Source: a virus. From it: 12,303 bases of DNA. The stretch is from the UHGV virus genome UHGV-0113946. One strand, given 5' to 3'. The notes beneath the pieces are model-generated. The model saw only the letters and a list, made by a program, of their open reading frames with translations. It did no database searches and had not been told where the DNA came from. The position numbers were made by a program, and so were the translations under genes. Positions 1 through 6,518 of this stretch are shown piece after piece (positions within the stretch are counted from its first letter, which is position 1; each line of letters opens with the position of its first letter).

Positions 1-1329
1 TGGGGGGTGGATAAACCGTTGTATCGTGACCTGGTCAGCAGAACGCGTGCAGCCCTGAAGAAAAATCCGAAAAACGTGCTGTTGTCGGTGATCTGGATGC
101 AGGGGGAAAAAGATGTCAGTTCGGGGAGACATGCAGAGCACAATGCACTTTTTCTTGCCATGGTAAATAAATACCGTGCAGACCTGGCAGATATTGCAGA
201 CCAGTGTATTGGCGGGACAACGTCCGGCGTCCCGTGGATTTGCGGTGACACCACGTACGACTGGAAGGCGAAGTATGCAGTGCAGTATGAGGCGGTTTAC
301 GGAGGCTATAAAGGCAAGGCGGCGCAGAATATTCACTTTGTGCCGTTGATGACGGATGAGCATGGTGCGAATGTGCCGACAAACGAGCCGTCAGAAGATC
401 CGGATGTTGCGGATATTGGGTATTACGGAGCCGGTGGTCGAACGGACGCCAAAACCTGGACGACGGCTGACCGTAAAACGCATTTTGGATCATGGGCACG
501 TCGTGGGATTATTTCCGACCGTCTGGCAACGGCGATTCTTGTGCATGCCGGGAGAAACGCTGAATTCATTACCGGAAAACAGCCTGATACGGTGAAGCCC
601 ACCGGACCTTCCGGTGAAGGTACGGAGAGAGAGCCGGAAGCCCCGGTCAGTAACCGAACCCTGATGAGTCTGCTGGCGTCCGGTGAAGACCTGGCATCAC
701 AGGGCTGGCGCTATTATCACAAACCGGCGAGCGGAGACAGTGTTAATAAAAACATCGCTGAGGCTGTGGTCAGTGATGAGGGTGCCACCGGTGGTAAGGC
801 CCTGCAACTGAACAAACCGGAAAGCCACATCTGGTTTCTGGAGCATGATGCCGCCGGGAAGGGGGCAGAGTTGCTGAAGAAAGGCGGACGTGTGAGCGTG
901 CGGTTTAAGGTGCCGGGCGCACTGGTGCCGAATCAGTTTGCCCTGGGTATTTACTGGCAGTTGTCGTCCCTGCCGGAGGGAGTGACGCTGGCAGAGGAAG
1001 GCAACGACATGCTGATGTCCTTCTTCCTGCAGACGGATGCGACGAACCTGAACGCGATGTACCACAAGAAGCAGAATGCGAAGCTGGATACGTTCGGGGT
1101 CTTTGATAACGGATGGCACACACTGGCTTTTGAGTTTGCCGGAAACAACAGCATTCAGGTGACGCCGGTACTGGATGAGAAACGGGGTACACCGTTCACA
1201 CTGGTGAAATCTCCGGCATCAGGGGCGGCGGACAAACTGCAACTGACAGGCATATCAAAGGCGGCGACATATACGCTGCTGATTGACAGTGTGAAGGTGG
1301 AAGTGAACAACGCGGACATCGCGGCATGA
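1..1329 (+). CDS. Prophage sialate O-acetylesterase-like protein (NanS-p-like), 3' portion; gene is truncated at the 5' window edge
   Basis: Reading frame is open to position 1 (W-G upstream of the GTG at 7). Contains the WMQGEKD block typical of SASA/SGNH sialate O-acetylesterases (compare WxQGE(S)D), followed by a roughly 250-aa beta-rich C-terminal region consistent with a carbohydrate-binding domain. Position directly upstream of the lysis cassette matches where nanS-p homologues sit in EHEC lambdoid prophages. Recalled similarity, not computed. Confidence 0.6.
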   Translation, partial: WGVDKPLYRDLVSRTRAALKKNPKNVLLSVIWMQGEKDVSSGRHAEHNALFLAMVNKYRADLADIADQCIGGTTSGVPWICGDTTYDWKAKYAVQYEAVYGGYKGKAAQNIHFVPLMTDEHGANVPTNEPSEDPDVADIGYYGAGGRTDAKTWTTADRKTHFGSWARRGIISDRLATAILVHAGRNAEFITGKQPDTVKPTGPSGEGTEREPEAPVSNRTLMSLLASGEDLASQGWRYYHKPASGDSVNKNIAEAVVSDEGATGGKALQLNKPESHIWFLEHDAAGKGAELLKKGGRVSVRFKVPGALVPNQFALGIYWQLSSLPEGVTLAEEGNDMLMSFFLQTDATNLNAMYHKKQNAKLDTFGVFDNGWHTLAFEFAGNNSIQVTPVLDEKRGTPFTLVKSPASGAADKLQLTGISKAATYTLLIDSVKVEVNNADIAA

Positions 1330-1338
1330 TAAAAAAAG

Positions 1339-1367
1339 CCGCCAGCGGCAGGAATGGAAGCTGGCGG
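1339..1367. terminator. GC-rich hairpin immediately after the esterase stop codon (stem ccgccagc / gctggcgg, 13-nt loop), flanked upstream by an A7 run
   Basis: 8-bp perfect inverted repeat read directly from the sequence. The A7 run at 1331-1337 lies 5' on the + strand, so the canonical hairpin-then-U-tract geometry exists only for minus-strand transcripts; on the + strand it is a hairpin without a U tract. Confidence 0.35.
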
Positions 1368-1464
1368 AGGTAATCCCAATGGAGAATGTAAAGAAAAGAT
1401 GCTTTCGTATATCGGTTTTTTAAATGAAAACAGTTCTCATTGTCAACCATAACGGTAAGAAATT

Positions 1465-1647
1465 ATGACATTTATTCATCAGGTGATGCTGTACTTCTGT
1501 ACGGCAGTCTGTGTTATGTATCTTCTTTCGGGTGGGTACAGGGCAGTGCGCGATTTCTGGCGCAGGCAGATTGATAAAAGGGCCGCTGAGAGAATCAGCG
1601 CCAGTCAGTCAGCCGGAAGCAAACCCGAAGATCCGCTCATTCCGTAG
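1465..1647 (+). CDS. Hypothetical small protein (60 aa) with a hydrophobic N-terminal segment and basic C-terminus
   Basis: ATG-initiated ORF in the gap between esterase and holin; predicted single transmembrane helix (FIHQVMLYFCTAVCVMYLLSGGY); weak ribosome-binding site; no recognised homology. Confidence 0.3.
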   Translation: MTFIHQVMLYFCTAVCVMYLLSGGYRAVRDFWRRQIDKRAAERISASQSAGSKPEDPLIP

Positions 1648-1684
1648 TCACTTTCTTGACAACACCTTTCAACGAGAAAATCCC

Positions 1685-1930
1685 ATGTCAGAAATCACAT
1701 CCCTGGTCACTGCTGAGGCAGTGAAGGAAGTCCTGCGCTCTGAAGAAGTCCTGAGCGCACTGAAACAGAAACTCCGCCAGAACCTTGAGGCGCGTCTTGA
1801 TGCAGAAGTGGATGCCATTCTGGATGAGCTGCTGGGCGTACCAGCGGTTCCGGAGCCGGAAGGTATCGCGGGTGACGGGAGTGCTTCAGATGGCGGTGAC
1901 CCCACACCTGACAGCGACATGATGATGTAA
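1685..1930 (+). CDS. Hypothetical small acidic protein (81 aa)
   Basis: ATG at 1685 within ORF 1511..1930; helical, highly acidic C-terminus ([18 protein letters not shown]); same orientation as the late operon; function unknown. Confidence 0.45.
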   Translation: MSEITSLVTAEAVKEVLRSEEVLSALKQKLRQNLEARLDAEVDAILDELLGVPAVPEPEGIAGDGSASDGGDPTPDSDMMM

Positions 1931-2006
1931 GCATGCGCAAGGGACCATCGGTGTGTGCCGGTGGTCTTTATATTGTTGTGAGCTTCCGGATAACGGGAGA
2001 CGGGGT

Positions 2007-2222
2007 ATGTACCAGATGGAAAAAATCACAACAGGTGTGTCATACACCACGTCAGCGGTGGGAACGGGCTACTGGTTCCTGCAGTTGCTGGACAGGGTTT
2101 CCCCGTCTCAGTGGGCGGCAATAGGCGTGCTGGGGAGTCTGCTGTTTGGGCTGCTGACATATCTGACGAACCTGTATTTCAAAATCAGAGAGGACCGGCG
2201 TAAGGCGGCGCGGGGAGAGTAA
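2007..2222 (+). CDS. S: Class II holin, phage 21 S-type pinholin, with dual-start motif (Met1 at 2007, Met4 at 2016)
   Basis: Translation [71 protein letters not shown] is near-identical in length and sequence pattern to the phage 21 S pinholin as recalled (two TMDs, [14 protein letters not shown]-terminal [13 protein letters not shown]). Sits upstream of a SAR endolysin, the canonical partner of pinholins. Confidence 0.85.
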   Translation: MYQMEKITTGVSYTTSAVGTGYWFLQLLDRVSPSQWAAIGVLGSLLFGLLTYLTNLYFKIREDRRKAARGE

Positions 2223-2226
2223 AGCG

Positions 2227-3117
2227 ATGAAGAAAAAATACGAACTGGTTGTTAAAGGGATAAATAATTACCCGGATAAGATTACTGTTACTGTGGCACT
2301 GGAAGTTGGTGGGTATCCGTCACTGTTGTTGCCAGATGTGGCGATTAGTCTTGACCGTACTGAAGGTGCCACGCTGGAGTTTTACGAAGCTGAGGCGAAA
2401 AAGCAGGCGAAGCAGTTTTTCATGGATGTTGCTGCCGGGTTATGTGAAGGGAACGAACCGTTGCCGGAAAAGCGCCCCATAATTTTAGAGGCGCAAAATG
2501 TGTTGATAACCTACAAAGGAAAGCTACCGGGAAGAATTACTGATTCTCTGAAGATGCCGCCGTCAACACTGCGGTCAGAAAAAGATGATGTTGAATCACG
2601 TATTGAAAAACTGGAGAGCTACGTCGTTGAGCTGAATAAGAAATGGTCGATATTGGTGCCTTCTGGCGATGAAAAGCAGTTTGCTGCGTTTGACGATTAT
2701 TGTCGGAAAGTGATGAGCAGAAATCTCGCAGAGTGTTTCAGTATTCATAATGATAATTTCAGTGAGCTGGAATGGGAGTGTAACCGGCCATCCTTTGTTG
2801 TATCCGGTGATGGTGGGAAAATAACCATCTCAGAAAATGGGAAAGTAACACCTCCATCGCACCAGCACAGTGAGGAGCTCATTGAATTTGCCATTGATTA
2901 CCTGAAGAACAATAAAAAACAGGGGCTGATGCAGCGCATTGGTCGTTGCATGGGGTATCTGCAGGTAGCCGCTGAGATTGAAGCGCTGGCCAGTGGTGCT
3001 GATAAGGATGCAGTTGTGCGGGAGACCGTTCTTCGTGATTTCAATACTCCACCCTTTAAGACTGAGCCTGATAACTGGATCCAGCCGGGGCTGACTTATC
3101 TTAAAGTGCGTATTTAG
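2227..3117 (+). CDS. Hypothetical cytoplasmic protein (296 aa) inserted between holin and endolysin; no recognised domain
   Basis: Long ATG-initiated ORF; GGAGAG Shine-Dalgarno 7 nt upstream, start only 4 nt after the holin stop; markedly AT-richer than the flanking genes (first 60 nt about 30% GC); no signal peptide or transmembrane segment; predicted coiled-coil segment near residues 115-140. Confidence 0.75.
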   Translation: MKKKYELVVKGINNYPDKITVTVALEVGGYPSLLLPDVAISLDRTEGATLEFYEAEAKKQAKQFFMDVAAGLCEGNEPLPEKRPIILEAQNVLITYKGKLPGRITDSLKMPPSTLRSEKDDVESRIEKLESYVVELNKKWSILVPSGDEKQFAAFDDYCRKVMSRNLAECFSIHNDNFSELEWECNRPSFVVSGDGGKITISENGKVTPPSHQHSEELIEFAIDYLKNNKKQGLMQRIGRCMGYLQVAAEIEALASGADKDAVVRETVLRDFNTPPFKTEPDNWIQPGLTYLKVRI

Positions 3118-3153
3118 TGGGCCAGGGACAGCGGCTGAATATTTAATATATCC

Positions 3154-3687
3154 ATGAACACCAAAATCAAATACGGCCTGTCGGCTGCCGTTCTGGCGCT
3201 GATTGCCGCTGGTGCGCCTGCGCCTGACATTCTCGACCAGTTTCTGGATGAAAAAGAAGGTAACCACACCACGGCATACCGTGATGGTGCGGGTATCTGG
3301 ACCATCTGCCGTGGAGCCACCCGGGTGGATGGTAAGCCTGTTATTCCTGGCATGAAGCTGTCGAAGGGGAAATGCGACCGGGTTAACGCCATTGAGCGTG
3401 ATAAGGCGCTGGCATGGGTGGAGAAAAACATCAAAGTGCCACTGACTGAACCCCAGAAAGCGGGAATTGCGTCATTCTGTCCTTACAACATTGGCCCCGG
3501 TAAGTGTTTCCCGTCGACGTTTTATAAACGAATTAATGCAGGCGATCGCAGGGGAGCGTGTGAGGCGATTCGCTGGTGGATTAAGGACGGTGGCAGAGAC
3601 TGCCGTATTCGCTCAAATAATTGCTATGGTCAGATATCCCGTCGTGACCAGGAGAGCGCGCTGGCGTGCTGGGGAATCGACAGATAA
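3154..3687 (+). CDS. R: SAR (signal-anchor-release) endolysin, lysozyme family
   Basis: N-terminal Gly/Ala-rich weakly hydrophobic segment (GLSAAVLALIAAGAPA) typical of SAR domains, followed by a T4-lysozyme-like catalytic E...D...T arrangement (DEKEGNHTTAYRDGAGIWT); position after the pinholin. Confidence 0.85.
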   Translation: MNTKIKYGLSAAVLALIAAGAPAPDILDQFLDEKEGNHTTAYRDGAGIWTICRGATRVDGKPVIPGMKLSKGKCDRVNAIERDKALAWVEKNIKVPLTEPQKAGIASFCPYNIGPGKCFPSTFYKRINAGDRRGACEAIRWWIKDGGRDCRIRSNNCYGQISRRDQESALACWGIDR

Positions 3688-3777
3688 GCAGAATATTTTG
3701 CTGAAAAATGACGTTGACCAACGCGGACGGATAACACGAAATCCTGCGAACTGGCAAAACCTAAGTGAATAAAAGTA

Positions 3778-3820
3778 AAAACCCCGTTTGTTGGCTGCAA
3801 GCGGGGTTTTGTGTTTCTGA
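3778..3820 (+). terminator. Putative intrinsic terminator downstream of the endolysin gene
   Basis: Stem aaaaccccg (3778-3786) pairs with cggggtttt (3802-3810), with further pairing inside the loop, followed by a T-rich stretch gtgtttctg; located about 90 nt after the R stop codon. Confidence 0.5.
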
Positions 3821-3843
3821 CCTTGGATAAGGCAAGGGAGAAC

Positions 3844-4026
3844 ATGGAAAAGTATAAACGAATTCTGTTGAGGTTGACTATGAAAAACGGCCTTGAACTG
3901 AAAGCGCCTGTAACTGATGACATCAGCAGAGCACTGGCTTTTGCCATTAAGTGGGTGGCGGTCGGTGTTGCTGTGTCCCCGATGCTGTATGGGCTGGCAA
4001 AACTGGTCATTGCGTTGAAATCGTGA
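3844..4026 (+). CDS. Hypothetical small membrane protein (60 aa), C-terminal transmembrane helix
   Basis: ATG at 3844 with AGGGAG Shine-Dalgarno 7 nt upstream; hydrophobic C-terminal segment [22 protein letters not shown]; lies between endolysin and Rz. Confidence 0.5.
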   Translation: MEKYKRILLRLTMKNGLELKAPVTDDISRALAFAIKWVAVGVAVSPMLYGLAKLVIALKS

Positions 4027-4040
4027 AGGGAGGATTAAGC

Positions 4041-4172
4041 ATGTCAGACAAACTCATAACGCTGGCGAAGATCCTCTGTGTAATTGTCGGCATTTCATTT
4101 TCACTAATGCTGGTTGCTCTTTTTCTTTCCATGGCCTGGATGATGTTGTCTTCGTCGGGGCTGCTGGGGTGA
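4041..4172 (+). CDS. Hypothetical small membrane protein (43 aa)
   Basis: ATG at 4041 with GGGAGG Shine-Dalgarno 7 nt upstream; almost entirely one transmembrane segment ([26 protein letters not shown]); its stop overlaps the Rz start region. Confidence 0.45.
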   Translation: MSDKLITLAKILCVIVGISFSLMLVALFLSMAWMMLSSSGLLG

Positions 4173-4669
4173 ACATAAACCGAATGCTTTCCGCGTTTAT
4201 CGTTATTCTGCTGGTGGCCTGTGGAGCGCTGTGGATGGCAACAGACCATTACCGTGATAACGCGATTACCTACAAAGCGCAGCGCGATAACAAAGCCAGT
4301 GAACTGAAGCTGGCGAACGCAACTATTACTGATATGCAGGTGCGCCAGCGCGATGTTGCTGCGCTCGATGCAAAATACTCGAGGGAATTAGCCGATGCGA
4401 GAGCTGAAAATGAAACTCTTCGCGCTGACGTTGCCGCTGGTCGTAAGCGCCTGCGGATCAACGCCACCTGTCCAGGCTCCGTGCGTGAAGCCCCCACCAC
4501 CTCCGGCGTGGATAATGCAACCGGCCCCCGACTGGCAGACACCGCTGAACGGGATTATTTCATACTCAGAGAACGGTTGATGACAATGCAGAAGCAGCTG
4601 GAAGGGGCGCAGGAATATATCCGCACTCAGTGCACTAAGCTGGCTTTTTATTATCCGGAGGATACATGA
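4169..4669 (+). CDS. Rz: Rz inner-membrane spanin (i-spanin), lambda-like
   Basis: N-terminal transmembrane segment then [14 protein letters not shown]...[10 protein letters not shown]...VAAGRKRL...[10 protein letters not shown]...[13 protein letters not shown], closely matching lambda Rz as recalled. Start is either GTG 4169 or ATG 4184 (ambiguous). Confidence 0.85.
   Translation: MNINRMLSAFIVILLVACGALWMATDHYRDNAITYKAQRDNKASELKLANATITDMQVRQRDVAALDAKYSRELADARAENETLRADVAAGRKRLRINATCPGSVREAPTTSGVDNATGPRLADTAERDYFILRERLMTMQKQLEGAQEYIRTQCTKLAFYYPEDT
4395..4580 (+). CDS. Rz1: Rz1 outer-membrane lipoprotein spanin (o-spanin), embedded out of frame within Rz
   Basis: [20 protein letters not shown] lipoprotein signal with lipobox Cys, then proline-rich [26 protein letters not shown], closely matching lambda Rz1 as recalled; entirely inside the Rz reading frame in a different frame. 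Confidence 0.8.
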   Translation: MRELKMKLFALTLPLVVSACGSTPPVQAPCVKPPPPPAWIMQPAPDWQTPLNGIISYSENG

Positions 4670-4890
4670 AGAAATTACGGGTAACCGTAGAACCTTTTCA
4701 GGGAACAATTCCGTTCCGTATTTTGCAGCGTGGTCGTGTTCTTGTTGAAGGTTCGTTCAGTGGTAAATGTACGCAATTACACTCCCGGACCTTTCAGGTG
4801 AATGCCACGAATGAAGAGCTAACCGTGGAGTGTACGATGAATGCCGCTAAATGCCGCATGGTATCCGCTGCATTACAGCCAGTGTGTTGA
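4666..4890 (+). CDS. Hypothetical protein (74 aa) translationally coupled to Rz
   Basis: ATG overlaps the Rz stop codon (ATGA at 4666-4669); no recognisable domain; four Cys residues. Confidence 0.4.
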   Translation: MKKLRVTVEPFQGTIPFRILQRGRVLVEGSFSGKCTQLHSRTFQVNATNEELTVECTMNAAKCRMVSAALQPVC

Positions 4891-5228
4891 GCGACCTTAT
4901 TATCCATGCGCGGTATTGTCGCCGTATTCCTGCATTAACAGAGACCGCAGCCCGACAGGGAGACTCCTCTGCGCGAGTGTGCGGGGATAATCAAAAACGA
5001 TACACACCGGGGTTTACCGCGTTAACGGAGCGCGGCGTTGTCCCCTCATGGTCGCTGGTCCGGTGCGATGGTGGAAGAAACCGGACGATGTGTTACCTCG
5101 CATGACCTGTTATGTCATGTGTCTGATTTGTGATTTAAGTCGGATAATTGTCGTTGCCATTAAGCAGAGGATTGATGGCCGACAGGGTGGCATTGTTAGA
5201 ATAAGACTTATTCTTATCTGTGCCGGGA

Positions 5229-5561
5229 ATGAAAATGAAAAGAAATCTTCCGTTAATTATTTTGTTGTCTTCTCTGGTTATGGGCTGTACGCAACATAAA
5301 ACAGATATGCCCCGACAGTTGGTTAAGGCATTACCACAATATCCGGCCTATGCAGCGGCAAATTATATAAAGGGACGGGTTGATGTGAAGTTTGATATTG
5401 GTGCTGATGGTACTGTCACCCGAATTGAGTTTATCCGTTCAGAGCCGCACCATCTGTTTGATGAGCAGGTTGTAAAGGCGATGGCAAAATGGCGATTTGA
5501 GAAGGACAGGCCGCGTAAAGGCGTGAAGAAATCGTTTATCTTTAGTCCTTCTGCACCCTGA
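5229..5561 (+). CDS. Lipoprotein consisting of a TonB C-terminal domain (TonB_C-like), probable moron
   Basis: Signal peptide MKMKRNLPLIILLSSLVMG followed by Cys (lipobox-like LVMGC; residue +2 is Thr, not Asp). The mature region LPQYPAYAAANYIKGRVDVKFDIGADGTVTRIEFIRSEPHHLFDEQVVKAMAKWRFEKDRP aligns by eye with the E. coli TonB C-terminal domain as recalled ([61 protein letters not shown]). AT-rich relative to the flanks. Alternative starts at GTG 5220 or ATG 5235. Confidence 0.8.
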   Translation: MKMKRNLPLIILLSSLVMGCTQHKTDMPRQLVKALPQYPAYAAANYIKGRVDVKFDIGADGTVTRIEFIRSEPHHLFDEQVVKAMAKWRFEKDRPRKGVKKSFIFSPSAP

Positions 5562-5692
5562 TTATTTCATCAGAAATTAATTATCACTCTGTTGTTATTC
5601 TGTACATCCCGGCAGGGTAAGTCTTGTTCCGTCGGATATGAAGATGAAATATTGTTGGAGGACAGTGGGTACCTGCTCCTGTAACCGAACGT

Positions 5693-5893
5693 TCATTTCT
5701 CGTTATTTGTCATGCTGGTCGGGCGCAGATGCGTTGCATCTGTTGCCAGCCTTCTCCTGCAGGCTTCAATAACCCACGCTGAAAAGTTACCGGACCCTTT
5801 ATGCTCAAGGGCTATGTTGATTTGTTCAATTATGTGATTGGGGAAACGGATATTGCGGGTTGTGGTTCTGCGGGTCCGGTTTTTCGATGACAT
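5693..5893 (-). CDS. Small ribbon-helix-helix-like protein (66 aa), resembles DUF3950 / YlcI-type prophage proteins
   Basis: Minus-strand ORF; preferred start is the internal Met (MSSKNRTRRTTTRNIRFPNHIIEQINIALEHKGSGNFSAWVIEACRRRL) with AAGGA Shine-Dalgarno 7 nt upstream. The beta-strand / helix / turn / helix pattern is typical of Arc/CopG-type RHH folds. Family assignment is from memory and tentative. Confidence 0.55.
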   Translation of the reverse strand: MSSKNRTRRTTTRNIRFPNHIIEQINIALEHKGSGNFSAWVIEACRRRLATDATHLRPTSMTNNEK

Positions 5894-5934
5894 ATTTATT
5901 TCCTTTACTGATTGCCATATGACGGGGATTTTAC

Positions 5935-6300
5935 ATGGCTGAGCTTCGTACACTCCAGAGCAGAATCAAAACACTGAATACCCGACGGGTGAATATTCTG
6001 AAGGGGGAACAGCGTCGTGTCAGTGGCAGTGCACGTGTTTCCCTCAAGCGTCATATCTGGCTCAGGGATGCCGGGCAGTGCTGTCTCTGTGGTCGTGTGG
6101 TTGACCTCTGTGACAGTGAACTCGATCACCGAATTGCACTTCAGTTCGGTGGTGGTAATGAGGAGACGAATCTCTGGACGCTCTGTACCGAATGCCATCG
6201 ACAAAAGTCTGCTCGTGAAGCGGCGGGTGGTATGCCGGACCCGACGCTGCCGGAGGTGTCCGGAGGTAGTGGCAGAGCGGACGACATCATCGGACTGTAA
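5935..6300 (+). CDS. HNH endonuclease (packaging-associated, HK97 gp74-like)
   Basis: HNH motif CCLCGRVVD...DHRIALQFGGGNEETNLWTLCTECHRQKS with two Cys pairs and the His-Asn-His arrangement; sits immediately upstream of the terminase genes, as in HK97-type packaging modules. Confidence 0.85.
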   Translation: MAELRTLQSRIKTLNTRRVNILKGEQRRVSGSARVSLKRHIWLRDAGQCCLCGRVVDLCDSELDHRIALQFGGGNEETNLWTLCTECHRQKSAREAAGGMPDPTLPEVSGGSGRADDIIGL

Positions 6301-6391
6301 CCCGACCCGGGGGGGTATCATCCGGCGTAAAAAACGATCGCTCCGGACACCGCGCCCCCTCTCACGCAGAGAAAAAATTCCCGTTTCAGGG

Positions 6392-6518
6392 CAGTTAACA
6401 TGTTAACTGGCTGCCCGGGCATTTTTGCGGTTTTTATCTTTATAATTCAGTTTGTTGTGCGGAAAAAATGTTAACTGGCTTTTTCAGCAAATGTTAACCA
6501 GGCAGCAGTTAACATTTG
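6392..6518. promoter_or_regulatory. Candidate cos-proximal terminase recognition region: repeated palindromic GTTAAC-containing motifs separated by an AT-rich segment
   Basis: Perfect 18-bp palindrome cagttaacatgttaactg (6392-6409); motif aatgttaactgg again at 6467-6478; inverted pair caaatgttaac (6488-6498) and gttaacatttg (6508-6518); A-tract and T-tract rich DNA at 6421-6470. Lies between the HNH and small-terminase genes. Confidence 0.45.

Noticed and set aside
116-1192. Minus-strand ORFs inside the esterase gene (116..499, 697..1119, 905..1192, 951..1154)
   Set aside because: Fully contained antisense to the long + strand esterase frame; no independent support.
1-1329. Calling stx or Q genes as present
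   Set aside because: Nothing in the window encodes them; the link to Stx phages is purely by synteny and is reported only as an inference to test.
3467-3772. 101-aa + strand ORF overlapping the 3' half of the endolysin gene in another frame
   Set aside because: Embedded in the well-supported endolysin frame with Arg-rich composition; unlike Rz1 it has no signal peptide or recognisable family.
4851-5299. ORFs 4851..5105 and 5048..5299 in the region between Rz and the TonB-domain gene
   Set aside because: No ribosome-binding sites, mutual overlap and overlap with the lipoprotein start; the region is more plausibly regulatory noncoding DNA.
6392-6518. Repeated GTTAAC-containing motifs as a possible CRISPR array
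   Set aside because: Only three or four copies, irregular spacing, mixed orientation and palindromic; consistent with protein-binding sites, not repeat-spacer architecture.
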